From positions 7,323 through 71,322 of IMG/VR virus record IMGVR_UViG_3300023478_000001: a DNA stretch of 64,000 nt; one strand, written 5' to 3'. The stretch is from a virus. Of this stretch, positions 9,424-18,398 are shown piece by piece. Position 1 is the stretch's first letter. Each line of letters starts with the position of its first letter. The translations under genes were made by a program, and so were the position numbers. The notes beneath the pieces were generated by a model. The model ran no database searches and was not told the origin of the DNA. It worked only from the letters and a program-made list of their open reading frames with translations.

Positions 9424-11537
9424 TTGTATACTCCTGTATTATATGTTTCTATCGGATTTCGTAACTCTTTATGAGAAAATCCATTCATTTTTCTAAAATT
9501 ATCTTGAATGACATGGATCATTTTTTTTCTATTATTAAAATTTATAGTCGTATCATTTAAAATAATGTGTTCAATATAAACTTTAAAATTTGTACCTTTT
9601 TGAAACGCTCGTTTTTCTTGATTGATTACCTCTTTCGGTAAGTATGGTGTAAACGCATCAGCTAATGGTAATTTCCATTGAGTACCGTGTGATAATACTT
9701 CATTTGGTAAGTTTGTTGTATAATTAAGAAAATCTGTATCAAAAAATGGACATCTTAATTCTATTGTTCCATAATTCATAAATACAGTATTACCTCTTAA
9801 TAAATTACCATAATGTTGTTTTTCAAATAAGTTTTTCCTAATATCAGACCAATCTGGCTTTTTACTAAACATTCGTATCATTCCGTATGAACCATATGAT
9901 TCGTCTGAGCCTTCTCCGCTAAACGCAACTTTAATTCCATCTTTACACATTTCTTCGGCTATAAACGATTGTAAAATACCAACTTCTGTTTGTACCGTTG
10001 ACGGATATTCTATTACTTTAATTGATTCCAAAAATCGTTTTTTTAATATATTTGGGTCATTTGGAATATTAACTTCAACTAATTCAACATTCAAATATTT
10101 TGCTACTATTCTAGCGAAATGTAAATCTCTTGATTCTTCATCAAATTTTGCAGTATAAGCTTTGATAGTTGGAATTCGAGCTGAAAGTAAGTAAGTAATT
10201 ACTGCAGAATCAATTCCGCCACTTAAAGATGTTGCTATTGGCACATCTGATAATAATCGTTTATCAACTGCGTTACGTAATAAATTATATGTGATTAGTC
10301 CAACTTCTTCGCGTGTATTAATCTTTGTAGCAGTATTAGTAAAATTAAAATAAAAATTATTATGAATTTCTAACTTATCGTTATTTAAATTAATTTCAAT
10401 CAATGAATTTTTAGGTACGATACGTGCAATTGCAGTTGGATGAATACTATTAATAGATTTTAACTCACTAGCAACAATTGTATGGGTAGTTCCATTTTGA
10501 TATATATACAATGGTAATTTACCTACCCAATCGCGAGAAATTAATAATTTATTATTATCATAAATAACAAAAGAAAACATTCCGTCTAATCGATGCAATT
10601 CGTTTTCTTTATACAAATAAAGAATAATTTCTGAATCTGATGATGATTTGAATGTATAGCCTCGTTCTTCATATTCTTTGCGTAGTTGAGGATAATTCCA
10701 GATTTCGCCATTAACAATTAAATAAACACCGTCTGACTCCATTGGTTGCCTACCTGAGTCAGATGTATCATTTATAGATAAACGATTATGTCCTAATACT
10801 ATATGATGATTATTAATATCAAATTCATTAATACCGCGTGAATCATTACCTCTATGGGCAATAGTTTCAAGCATATTATTTACATTATTCATATCGCCTA
10901 AATGACATGAGCAAGCCAATATTGAAACTTTCCCTAATTCCTGATTGCTTTCCTTAGCTAAAAATTTACCCATATCAACTAACGCGGAATAATCAGCATA
11001 TCCACTTTTAGATACTCTGTTTGAACGTATGACTGATGTTAGATATAGTTTACCATTTCTAGGTTTAACATCTATTCCTAGCATACATGGTTGAGAATAT
11101 GGGTTTCTTGCGTCTCGCGATGGATCAAATATTATCATTTCACACCGTTTAACTGCTTTTCCTGTTTTTAATATCTTAATTACGTTTTCAACTTGGTTAA
11201 ATGTTCCTTGCCATGCAATCATTCTACCCCAGTATGAATCGTGCCAATGTTTTTTAATAAATTTATATTCTAATTTTGAATCGGTATCTATAAATTTATT
11301 CTTAAATTTAATAAGTTTTGGTTCTACAAATGTAACAGTTCGTGCATAATCAATTCTATCATCACCCATGATTTCTCTAAATGATGGTTCAAACCATGAA
11401 TCCTCTTTAAATTCTGTAATTTCTGTCATTACATTAAGTTCTTCGGTAAGATTACCTACTTTTACTCCATGCTTTAATAAATGATTGGCTGTTTTACACC
11501 ATCCATCGCCAGGTGAAGTTGCTTTTATTACTGTCAT
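9405..11537 (-). CDS. Thymidylate-synthase-like pyrimidine-modifying domain fused to an asparagine-synthetase-like amidotransferase
   Basis: N-terminal ~215 aa has PC and RSNRVSKSGYADY; C-terminal part has HRGND, GHNRLSI, NGEIWN, SLSGGIDS, SGEGSDE; lacks the AsnB N-terminal MCGI. Confidence 0.85.
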   Translation of the reverse strand: MTVIKATSPGDGWCKTANHLLKHGVKVGNLTEELNVMTEITEFKEDSWFEPSFREIMGDDRIDYARTVTFVEPKLIKFKNKFIDTDSKLEYKFIKKHWHDSYWGRMIAWQGTFNQVENVIKILKTGKAVKRCEMIIFDPSRDARNPYSQPCMLGIDVKPRNGKLYLTSVIRSNRVSKSGYADYSALVDMGKFLAKESNQELGKVSILACSCHLGDMNNVNNMLETIAHRGNDSRGINEFDINNHHIVLGHNRLSINDTSDSGRQPMESDGVYLIVNGEIWNYPQLRKEYEERGYTFKSSSDSEIILYLYKENELHRLDGMFSFVIYDNNKLLISRDWVGKLPLYIYQNGTTHTIVASELKSINSIHPTAIARIVPKNSLIEINLNNDKLEIHNNFYFNFTNTATKINTREEVGLITYNLLRNAVDKRLLSDVPIATSLSGGIDSAVITYLLSARIPTIKAYTAKFDEESRDLHFARIVAKYLNVELVEVNIPNDPNILKKRFLESIKVIEYPSTVQTEVGILQSFIAEEMCKDGIKVAFSGEGSDESYGSYGMIRMFSKKPDWSDIRKNLFEKQHYGNLLRGNTVFMNYGTIELRCPFFDTDFLNYTTNLPNEVLSHGTQWKLPLADAFTPYLPKEVINQEKRAFQKGTNFKVYIEHIILNDTTINFNNRKKMIHVIQDNFRKMNGFSHKELRNPIETYNTGVYKWIQKK

Positions 11538-11620
11538 AAATATTTTTTGAATTAACTTAAATATACGAAAATTTTTTCATATATCCTATTTTTTTTGATT
11601 ATATTGAAATATTCTTTTTT

Positions 11621-11803
11621 TCAAATGTGTTTCCAAGTAGTTCGATTTACTATTTGTCCCACATTCCAAGTAGTTATTTTATAGTTTCGTGCAATAATTT
11701 TGTGAGAAAACCCCTTAGCATGAAGTTCTCGTATTTCCAATACTTGTTTGCTGGATAATTTAGCATTCCAGTGAGTCTCGCCTCTTAATCTATTTCCGCC
11801 CAT
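11621..11803 (-). CDS. Small HTH protein (HNH-endonuclease C-terminal-like DNA-binding module)
   Basis: RGETHWNAKLSSKQVLEIR...IARNY...TWKHI motif. Confidence 0.7.
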   Translation of the reverse strand: MGGNRLRGETHWNAKLSSKQVLEIRELHAKGFSHKIIARNYKITTWNVGQIVNRTTWKHI

Positions 11804-11865
11804 ATGTTGCGTTACTATAACTTTATTTTTACTACAACCTATTTTTTGTTTTTAATAGCAAAATT

Positions 11866-12066
11866 TCAAATACTATACCATATCATCAAATGTTTAATAG
11901 CGTTTTCATCTTCGCCGCCTAATTTATATGTTCCTCGTTTTAGTATTTTATTTATATTACGTACTGATTTATTATAAGAAATATCGGTATGTGGGGTTTC
12001 CCACCATAAACATATTAATTGTTTTAAAAATTCAGATTGTTGCTTTGTAACTTTTATGTTTTTCAT
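11866..12066 (-). CDS. Hypothetical protein
   Basis: 66-aa ORF; its ATG lies inside the miniature element end. Confidence 0.5.
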   Translation of the reverse strand: MKNIKVTKQQSEFLKQLICLWWETPHTDISYNKSVRNINKILKRGTYKLGGEDENAIKHLMIWYSI

Positions 12067-12150
12067 TAATAATCAAATATAGTTTCAATAGTTGTAATTA
12101 GTTTTATAAAATATTTTATAAAACTTTATTATATTAAATGTAAAAGAACA
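12057..12150. mobile_element. Miniature non-autonomous derivative of the RHH-TnpB element
   Basis: 12057-12113 matches 47557-47613 (1 mismatch); 12114-12161 matches 49094-49141 (2 mismatches). Confidence 0.8.
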
Positions 12151-13185
12151 TTATACTATTTCGCACGCATTTCCAGCACATGCTAATTCCCCAGTTAAAT
12201 CAGTAGTATCACGTTTTTCTATAATTTGTGTTACATCAATATCTTTTAATGTTTCCATTAATCGTTCGTATTCTTTTTTTGTAATATCCTGAAAAGGTGC
12301 CTGTTTATAAGTACCACCGTTATATGGCAATACAGATAATCCATTGTAAACTCTACGATTTTTCCACATCCATTCGCCTATTTCTTCCCATTCATCATCT
12401 TTTATAGAAACCGTGCATGATACATTATTTTGATTTTGACCTTTACGATATCCTTCGTGCACCCAATTTTCTGAAATATGTTTTACTCTTTCTAGTAAAT
12501 CAATTGGCGATTCATGACGAGTTATAGCTCCAATCGGTGCCTTTTGTGGTACTGATATAACTGCTTGTGTTTTTGGATTAAAAAATTCATCCTCAATTAA
12601 TTCAGCATGATTTTTCTTTAAGTATTTATATATTGATTCATCTTTACCAATTCGTACTCGTCTAATATAATAATCATTATGCCAAGCGTGAATTCCACTA
12701 CTTGTACCTAATACTAAACTTGTAGTACCCGCAGGTTTTGTTGTAGTTGTTCTGGATGCAGGATTAATTCCTATTATCTTGGCAATTACTTTATTAGTAT
12801 CATTTACAATATTCGCAGTTTCTTTAAAATCTAGTTTCATATTAGATTCTGATGCTATACCCGTCATACTTACTCCAATTAATGCATCTTTTTCGGTCGT
12901 TTTTCTCCAAATATCACGTAAATAATGAAAATCAGTATATCCTGCTTGTAGTGTACCTAAGAATGCTGCTGCTTTAGCTCTTTTATTAAAATCATCTTGA
13001 TTTTTTACTGAAGCCATATTAATTTCAGTTAAATTACAAAATTGAAATGGCCTTAGTGAAATTTCACAATTATGGACTAATAAGCCATCAGCAAAAAAGT
13101 TATGATTATCAGCTACCTCAATATCGTATACATCAGTATTTTTTTCTATTGTTATTTTTTTTATCTTAATTCGTTTTAATTTCAT
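12151..13185 (-). CDS. nrdJ: Class II ribonucleotide reductase, part 3 (39-aa IntC plus C-extein)
   Basis: VYDIEVADNHNFFADGLLVHN|CEISLRPFQFCNL; TTTKPAGT; C-terminal ACAGNAC. Confidence 0.92.
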   Translation of the reverse strand: MKLKRIKIKKITIEKNTDVYDIEVADNHNFFADGLLVHNCEISLRPFQFCNLTEINMASVKNQDDFNKRAKAAAFLGTLQAGYTDFHYLRDIWRKTTEKDALIGVSMTGIASESNMKLDFKETANIVNDTNKVIAKIIGINPASRTTTTKPAGTTSLVLGTSSGIHAWHNDYYIRRVRIGKDESIYKYLKKNHAELIEDEFFNPKTQAVISVPQKAPIGAITRHESPIDLLERVKHISENWVHEGYRKGQNQNNVSCTVSIKDDEWEEIGEWMWKNRRVYNGLSVLPYNGGTYKQAPFQDITKKEYERLMETLKDIDVTQIIEKRDTTDLTGELACAGNACEIV

Positions 13186-13281
13186 TTTGTATTCTTCTTA
13201 TTGGTTTCCATATTTTATCTTTCCAAAATCCTTTAATTTCAACAATTTTTGTAATTTCATTTTTTTCGTTATATATAAAAA

Positions 13282-14313
13282 TTAAATTTTCAATAAAACA
13301 TCACTTTCGGTTAAGTCTTTTGCTTCCACGTATCCACGATTTTCAGTAAACACCTTATGGTCAGGTGTCATCTTTATAATTGAACCATCTTCTAATTCCA
13401 ATGAAATAACATCAGCGTGTTTTCTAGTTAGTAACCCATTCGTAATCTGTTTTTTTTCAACTTTACAAGTAGATGTATTATATGATAAAATATTTGGTGC
13501 AGTACCTCCCCGTTCATGTAATTCTACCAGTTCTTTAATAGTCCAGGTCTTATCAGTATCGGTACTAATTACGGTTTCTGGTGCCAAACAACATGGATTT
13601 GTACCCCATTCTTGATCATTGGTAAAAAATATACCGGGCTCGCCTGCACCAGATTCTTTAATTCGTTCCCAAATTCCATTAAATTTTTGTTTGCGAATTT
13701 GATGTCGTAATATAACAACACTATTGTTGGCTCTACCACGCTGAGGATTCCGTACATACCAATCACCAGTTTTGCATGCTAGCATTTCGGTATCATTTAA
13801 ATTAAATAATGATATCATTGCTGCTCTACGAATACCACCTGCTAATACTGCATCTGCAATATGACACATAATATCGTGTGATTCTAAAGTTGTTAGTTGT
13901 GTTCTATCTTGTTTTTCACGCAGCATTCCTTCGATTTTAGTAATAGCCAATCTAAGTGGTTCGGGGCCAGGAGCCTTTCCTCCTGCAGTAATAAGTAATG
14001 CTCCTTTTTCTCTAATATCACTATAATCAAATTGAATATGCGCACTAATTTTTCCTGTATAGGATTTAAATAATGTTTTTATTGCATCTGACCATCCTAT
14101 GATACTATCTTGAATAACATATTTCCTATTATATTCATAATTTGGTTTTCTAATTTCTGGTAACTGTTCTACATGATGCTTTTGTACGCTATAGCCAACC
14201 CCCGTATTATGTACTACTTCTCCAGCTGCTAAACAGAAATTTTGTGTTCCTTTGATTGATAAATCATAATAATTACGAGTATCTTCAATAAATGTTTTTT
14301 TAATTATTTTCAT
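13282..14313 (-). CDS. nrdJ: Class II ribonucleotide reductase, part 2 (36-aa IntC, extein, 102-aa IntN)
   Basis: VVHN|TGVGYSVQ...AGGIRRAA...GTNPC|CLAPET...TPDH. Confidence 0.92.
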   Translation of the reverse strand: MKIIKKTFIEDTRNYYDLSIKGTQNFCLAAGEVVHNTGVGYSVQKHHVEQLPEIRKPNYEYNRKYVIQDSIIGWSDAIKTLFKSYTGKISAHIQFDYSDIREKGALLITAGGKAPGPEPLRLAITKIEGMLREKQDRTQLTTLESHDIMCHIADAVLAGGIRRAAMISLFNLNDTEMLACKTGDWYVRNPQRGRANNSVVILRHQIRKQKFNGIWERIKESGAGEPGIFFTNDQEWGTNPCCLAPETVISTDTDKTWTIKELVELHERGGTAPNILSYNTSTCKVEKKQITNGLLTRKHADVISLELEDGSIIKMTPDHKVFTENRGYVEAKDLTESDVLLKI

Positions 14314-14536
14314 ATTATAATTCTAATAATAATTTTTTATGTATATTTTTTATCCCAGTTTTAATAATATCAGTTTCCCACCAAACAAATACCTTTTTGC
14401 CAGTAAGTTGCTCTATACGTTGGATTCTGGTTGCATCCGTTTTCCAAGTTTCTCCTACAAGTTTACCTCGTATTACATCGGTTTCGTTATATAAAGCTGG
14501 GTTGCCGTGTCAATAATCACCATATAATAAAAACAT
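14314..14536 (-). pseudogene. Remnant of a Vsr/DUF559-like homing endonuclease between intein halves
   Basis: YGDY*HGNP...VWWETDI; truncated, with TGA at the Trp position. Confidence 0.7.
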
Positions 14537-14538
14537 AA

Positions 14539-15192
14539 TTATTTAGGAATTTCACTTTCATCAGCAAATTTTATGTCATCATCTTCGGTTAAATGTTGCG
14601 CTTCCACCCATCCTCTATTTGTTGTTAAAAATTTATGATCAGTGGTACATTTTATCACCTTGCCACTTTCTATTGTTAATTCCATTTTTGGTTTTGATGC
14701 AGTTGGCGTCATTCCAGCAAAAGTAGGATGCACCCAATTATATTTACCTGTCGTTTCATCGAGGGTCAATATATAATCATCAGTTGTTACATCAATAATA
14801 CGTTTATCACCATCTTTTGTTTTTATCAAAGTGTCAGGGTCAAAGCATCCGCCTAACAATAAAAACATAGTTTCTGAAAAACTATATATTGAATCTACCG
14901 GCAGGAATGCACAATTATAGATTCTTGCGTTATTAAGTTCAATTGGTCTGCCACCAAATTGCATTGACCTCATTGAGGGTAACACTTTTTTTGTATAAAC
15001 AAACTCCTCGTATAACTTAGTTATATCATCCTTTAATTCAGGATAAGATTTTATATGCATTTTTTTATTACGGTTTACAATTTCTAACCACGTTTCTCTA
15101 CGGTTCTCAATAGATAAATGTCTTGCGTATTTCATGTGTACTATAATATCGCTAAGTATTTTTTTATCTAACTCTACATTAGTATTGTTCAT
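14539..15192 (-). CDS. nrdJ: Class II ribonucleotide reductase, part 1 (N-extein plus 102-aa IntN)
   Basis: RETW...LPSMRSMQFGG...YNCAF...LLLGG|CFDPDT...TTDH. Confidence 0.92.
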   Translation of the reverse strand: MNNTNVELDKKILSDIIVHMKYARHLSIENRRETWLEIVNRNKKMHIKSYPELKDDITKLYEEFVYTKKVLPSMRSMQFGGRPIELNNARIYNCAFLPVDSIYSFSETMFLLLGGCFDPDTLIKTKDGDKRIIDVTTDDYILTLDETTGKYNWVHPTFAGMTPTASKPKMELTIESGKVIKCTTDHKFLTTNRGWVEAQHLTEDDDIKFADESEIPK

Positions 15193-15261
15193 ATTTTGTA
15201 ATATTCATTTTTAAAAAGTTTTTGTTTCAGTTTTTATTTAATAAATTAATTTTAAAATTCA

Positions 15262-15432
15262 TCATTTATATTCTTCCACCGAAGCCTTTCTGTAATCGGT
15301 AATTAACTTTTTAAGCTCTCCAATAGCTTTTCTAGCACGTATTTTTGCTACTTTAGTTGTTTTGTTGTGTTCACTTTTAAATTCTTCGAATAATTCGTTT
15401 ATACGATCATAAATGTCATTTGAGGTTGTCAT
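15262..15432 (-). CDS. Histone H1-like (Hc1-family) small basic protein
   Basis: Manual translation MTTSNDIYDRINELFEEFKSEHNKTTKVAKIRARKAIGELKKLITDYRKASVEEYK; below the ORF-track cutoff. Confidence 0.75.
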   Translation of the reverse strand: MTTSNDIYDRINELFEEFKSEHNKTTKVAKIRARKAIGELKKLITDYRKASVEEYK

Positions 15433-15532
15433 AAAATAGTTGTTTTTGTTTTAAATTAAATAATTGATTGTCCGCGATTGCGGATTTATAAATACATCAT
15501 AAAAAGTTTTTGATGATTTTTTTTGTTAAATA

Positions 15533-16333
15533 TTATGTATTAAAAAAATCTTTAAATTTCATGTTGAGTTTATATTTTTGATAATTGTGGTTAAATACAT
15601 TCATATTAAAGGTTGGCATCGTTATTTCATTATATTTTCCAAGCGATACTCGTTTTTCAAAAATTAAATCTATATCCTTTGGATATTTTTTATTAGTATA
15701 TTCTGGATATTGATTTAATATTTTCTTGCTTGATTTATTTATAGGATATATGTATCTAAACATTAATCCTCTAATTCTAACTATTCCTTTGTATTCACAA
15801 AAATCATGAGTTAACCAAAATATTTTTTCTTTGTTTTCATATATAGCATTTTCTATACATAATTGTTTTGCGCTTCGTGGATGTATTTTTTCATGCGTTT
15901 CGATATCCATATATACACTTGTTTTAAAACTACCTAAATAACGAAAATTAGATGCTTGATAAACATAACCGCATTTTCCCATTATTCCATCAGCCATTGT
16001 ATATAAAAATTTTATATCTAATGATGTTTTTATCCATTTTATTAATAAACTTGTTGACTGAGAGCCAAAATTACTTTGATTTTTACTCGGTAAAAAACAC
16101 ATTTTGCCGATTTCTAAATAATCAGAACTTTTGAAATTATGCTTATAAAATATTTTATGAATTGTACCAAACGGTTGAGTTCCCCAACCCAAAGTTACAA
16201 CACCAACTAATTCTTCATTTTCAAAATAGCCAAGATAATGTTTTGTTAATCTAGGTAAAATTTTACTATAATGATATTTTTGTATAAAATCAATAGCTCT
16301 TTGCGGATAAATAGGTTTAATTATTAATTTCAT
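15533..16333 (-). CDS. Mom-like GNAT-fold DNA modification protein
   Basis: FIQKYHYS, LVGVVTLG, TMADG...GYVYQASNFRYLG. Confidence 0.8.
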   Translation of the reverse strand: MKLIIKPIYPQRAIDFIQKYHYSKILPRLTKHYLGYFENEELVGVVTLGWGTQPFGTIHKIFYKHNFKSSDYLEIGKMCFLPSKNQSNFGSQSTSLLIKWIKTSLDIKFLYTMADGIMGKCGYVYQASNFRYLGSFKTSVYMDIETHEKIHPRSAKQLCIENAIYENKEKIFWLTHDFCEYKGIVRIRGLMFRYIYPINKSSKKILNQYPEYTNKKYPKDIDLIFEKRVSLGKYNEITMPTFNMNVFNHNYQKYKLNMKFKDFFNT

Positions 16334-17728
16334 AAATCGAAAAATTTATTTGATTTTTTATTTTGAGCTGGAGTTGCTGATTCTTTATCTAAAACTTGAA
16401 GAGCGGTTTCAATTCTTGCTTTTGCTATTTTAAAATAATCAGCATTATCATCTATACCAATAAAATCATATCCAAGTTGTTTGCACGCTTTTCCTGTACT
16501 ACCACTACCCATAAATGGATCTAATACAATTCCGTTTGGTGGCGTTACCATTCTTACTAAATATTTCATTAGTTTGGTTGGTTTTAGAGTCGGATGATTA
16601 TTCTTTTTTGGTAATACGGAATTTCGTTCACTTCCATCTGGTCTGAATTTATTAGTGTTCATTCCATAAAGTTGTCCATTATCACGTTTTGCTGATTCTT
16701 TATACTCGAAATCATCTAATCCTTCATCCCTATCTTTTTTACTGGCTTTTGCACAATAGAAAAATCTCGATGCGTTTCCACTATAGCCGTGTTGATTATT
16801 TTGATTTGCGAACCCATTTAAAAAATTTGTATTAGTATCACTTTTATAACTAGATTTATCAGATGCTACTTTACCACTTTTTGTATCTGGAAATAAATCA
16901 GTTACTTCTTCACTACCATCATGTATAAAGTTTGCTGGCCATCTGCCATTGGGTTTTATAACATCCACCCTTTCAGATTTATTTTTAGTCATTCCCCACG
17001 TTTGATTATTAATATCAGTATCACGCTGAGACCGATTAATAGTACGAAGCTGAGAATTATCAATATCCAAATTTAATGGCACTCTACTTGCATCAATATT
17101 TATTCCACCTGTACCGTGTTTTATTACATTTTTAACTATCGTATTTTCTGAAAGTGGTTTTCTTGCCATTACAATTGGTTCATGAGCTGGTTTTAATGAT
17201 GTTCCCCAGCCTTCCCATTCTGAATTTCCCTTTGTAAGTATTTCCGCGTCATATCCAAAGTGTTTTATATTATTTCTATTAGCTGGGTCTGTAAGATACC
17301 CTGCACCTTTTGTTTTAACTGTCTGAACATCACCTCTTATTTTTTCACCGATTATTTCTCGTTTATTACCAAGTTGTTTATCAATCGCTTTACCAATATT
17401 ATAATTTTTTGGAAAACCGCTTCCGTAAACCCACATTATTTGGTCTCGTATTTCAAACCCCGCATCCTCAATATTTACAACCATTCTATGATAAGTTCTA
17501 GCTCCAGAAAATGATAATAAATATCCACCCGGTTTTAATACTCGTAAACATTCTTTCCATAATTCTACGGTTGGAACGTCATAATCCCATTTTTTACTCA
17601 TAAATTTTAAACCATATGGTGGATCGGTTACAATACTATCTACGGAGTTATCTTCTAATTCTTTCAATTTTATTTCAGATTTACCTAATAATATTTTCAT
17701 AAATCGAAAAATTTATTTGATTTTTTAT
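16328..17728. repeat. 34-bp exact direct repeat bracketing the 456-aa MTase gene
   Basis: tttcataaatcgaaaaatttatttgattttttat at 16328-16361 and 17695-17728. Confidence 0.9.
16330..17700 (-). CDS. DNA amino-methyltransferase (beta class, DPPY)
   Basis: VTDPPYG...HPTLKP...LDPFMGSGST. Confidence 0.92.
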   Translation of the reverse strand: MKILLGKSEIKLKELEDNSVDSIVTDPPYGLKFMSKKWDYDVPTVELWKECLRVLKPGGYLLSFSGARTYHRMVVNIEDAGFEIRDQIMWVYGSGFPKNYNIGKAIDKQLGNKREIIGEKIRGDVQTVKTKGAGYLTDPANRNNIKHFGYDAEILTKGNSEWEGWGTSLKPAHEPIVMARKPLSENTIVKNVIKHGTGGINIDASRVPLNLDIDNSQLRTINRSQRDTDINNQTWGMTKNKSERVDVIKPNGRWPANFIHDGSEEVTDLFPDTKSGKVASDKSSYKSDTNTNFLNGFANQNNQHGYSGNASRFFYCAKASKKDRDEGLDDFEYKESAKRDNGQLYGMNTNKFRPDGSERNSVLPKKNNHPTLKPTKLMKYLVRMVTPPNGIVLDPFMGSGSTGKACKQLGYDFIGIDDNADYFKIAKARIETALQVLDKESATPAQNKKSNKFFDL

Positions 17729-18398
17729 CTTTTATCATTAATCGTTCACTCATTACATCAAAATATTCCTGTAATTGTTCAATTCCAATAAAATCTCTAT
17801 TTAAGTTTTTACACGCAACTCCAGTTGTACCGCTTCCTGCGAACATATCCAATACAATATCATTTTCATTTGTATGTATTCTTAATAACCGTTCTAGTAA
17901 TTCCACTGGTTTTTCAGTTGGATGTTTTCGTTTTTTACTACTTGGACTTGAATACTTAAATGTTTTTAATTGAGTAGCATATCCTGTATTATTATAAGTA
18001 CAGTTTTTTCCTCTTACATATACCATAAATTCTAAATTTGAAATATATTTTCCATTACCAAATGGTACTGGATTTGGTTTATCCCAAACTAGCAATGTTG
18101 TTGAAAACCCTAAGTTTTCCCAATAACTCATTATTTTTGATATTTGTTTATTTGAGCAAAATACAACTAAATTTACTATTTTGCAAACACGTTGAATTTC
18201 ACTAAATATAAGATTCATATTAAATCCATTACTGATGAAATTTATATGAGTATCTTTTACCAGTTTTCGTTGCGCGAATTCACTTTTACCACCACCATGA
18301 TTTTCTAATTTATATGGAGGGTCTACTAATATAAAATCAATCGAGTTATTCGGTATATTTTTTAATTCGTCATAACAGTTTCCATGTATTAATTTCAT
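17697..18398 (-). CDS. DNA amino-methyltransferase (beta class, DPPY)
   Basis: LVDPPY...HPTEKP...LDMFAGSGTT. Confidence 0.92.
   Translation of the reverse strand: MKLIHGNCYDELKNIPNNSIDFILVDPPYKLENHGGGKSEFAQRKLVKDTHINFISNGFNMNLIFSEIQRVCKIVNLVVFCSNKQISKIMSYWENLGFSTTLLVWDKPNPVPFGNGKYISNLEFMVYVRGKNCTYNNTGYATQLKTFKYSSPSSKKRKHPTEKPVELLERLLRIHTNENDIVLDMFAGSGTTGVACKNLNRDFIGIEQLQEYFDVMSERLMIKDKKSNKFFDL

Noticed and set aside
14505-14520. TGA at a Trp position suggesting an alternative genetic code
   Set aside because: It lies in a truncated remnant; TGA, TAG and TAA all act as normal stops elsewhere and Trp is encoded by TGG
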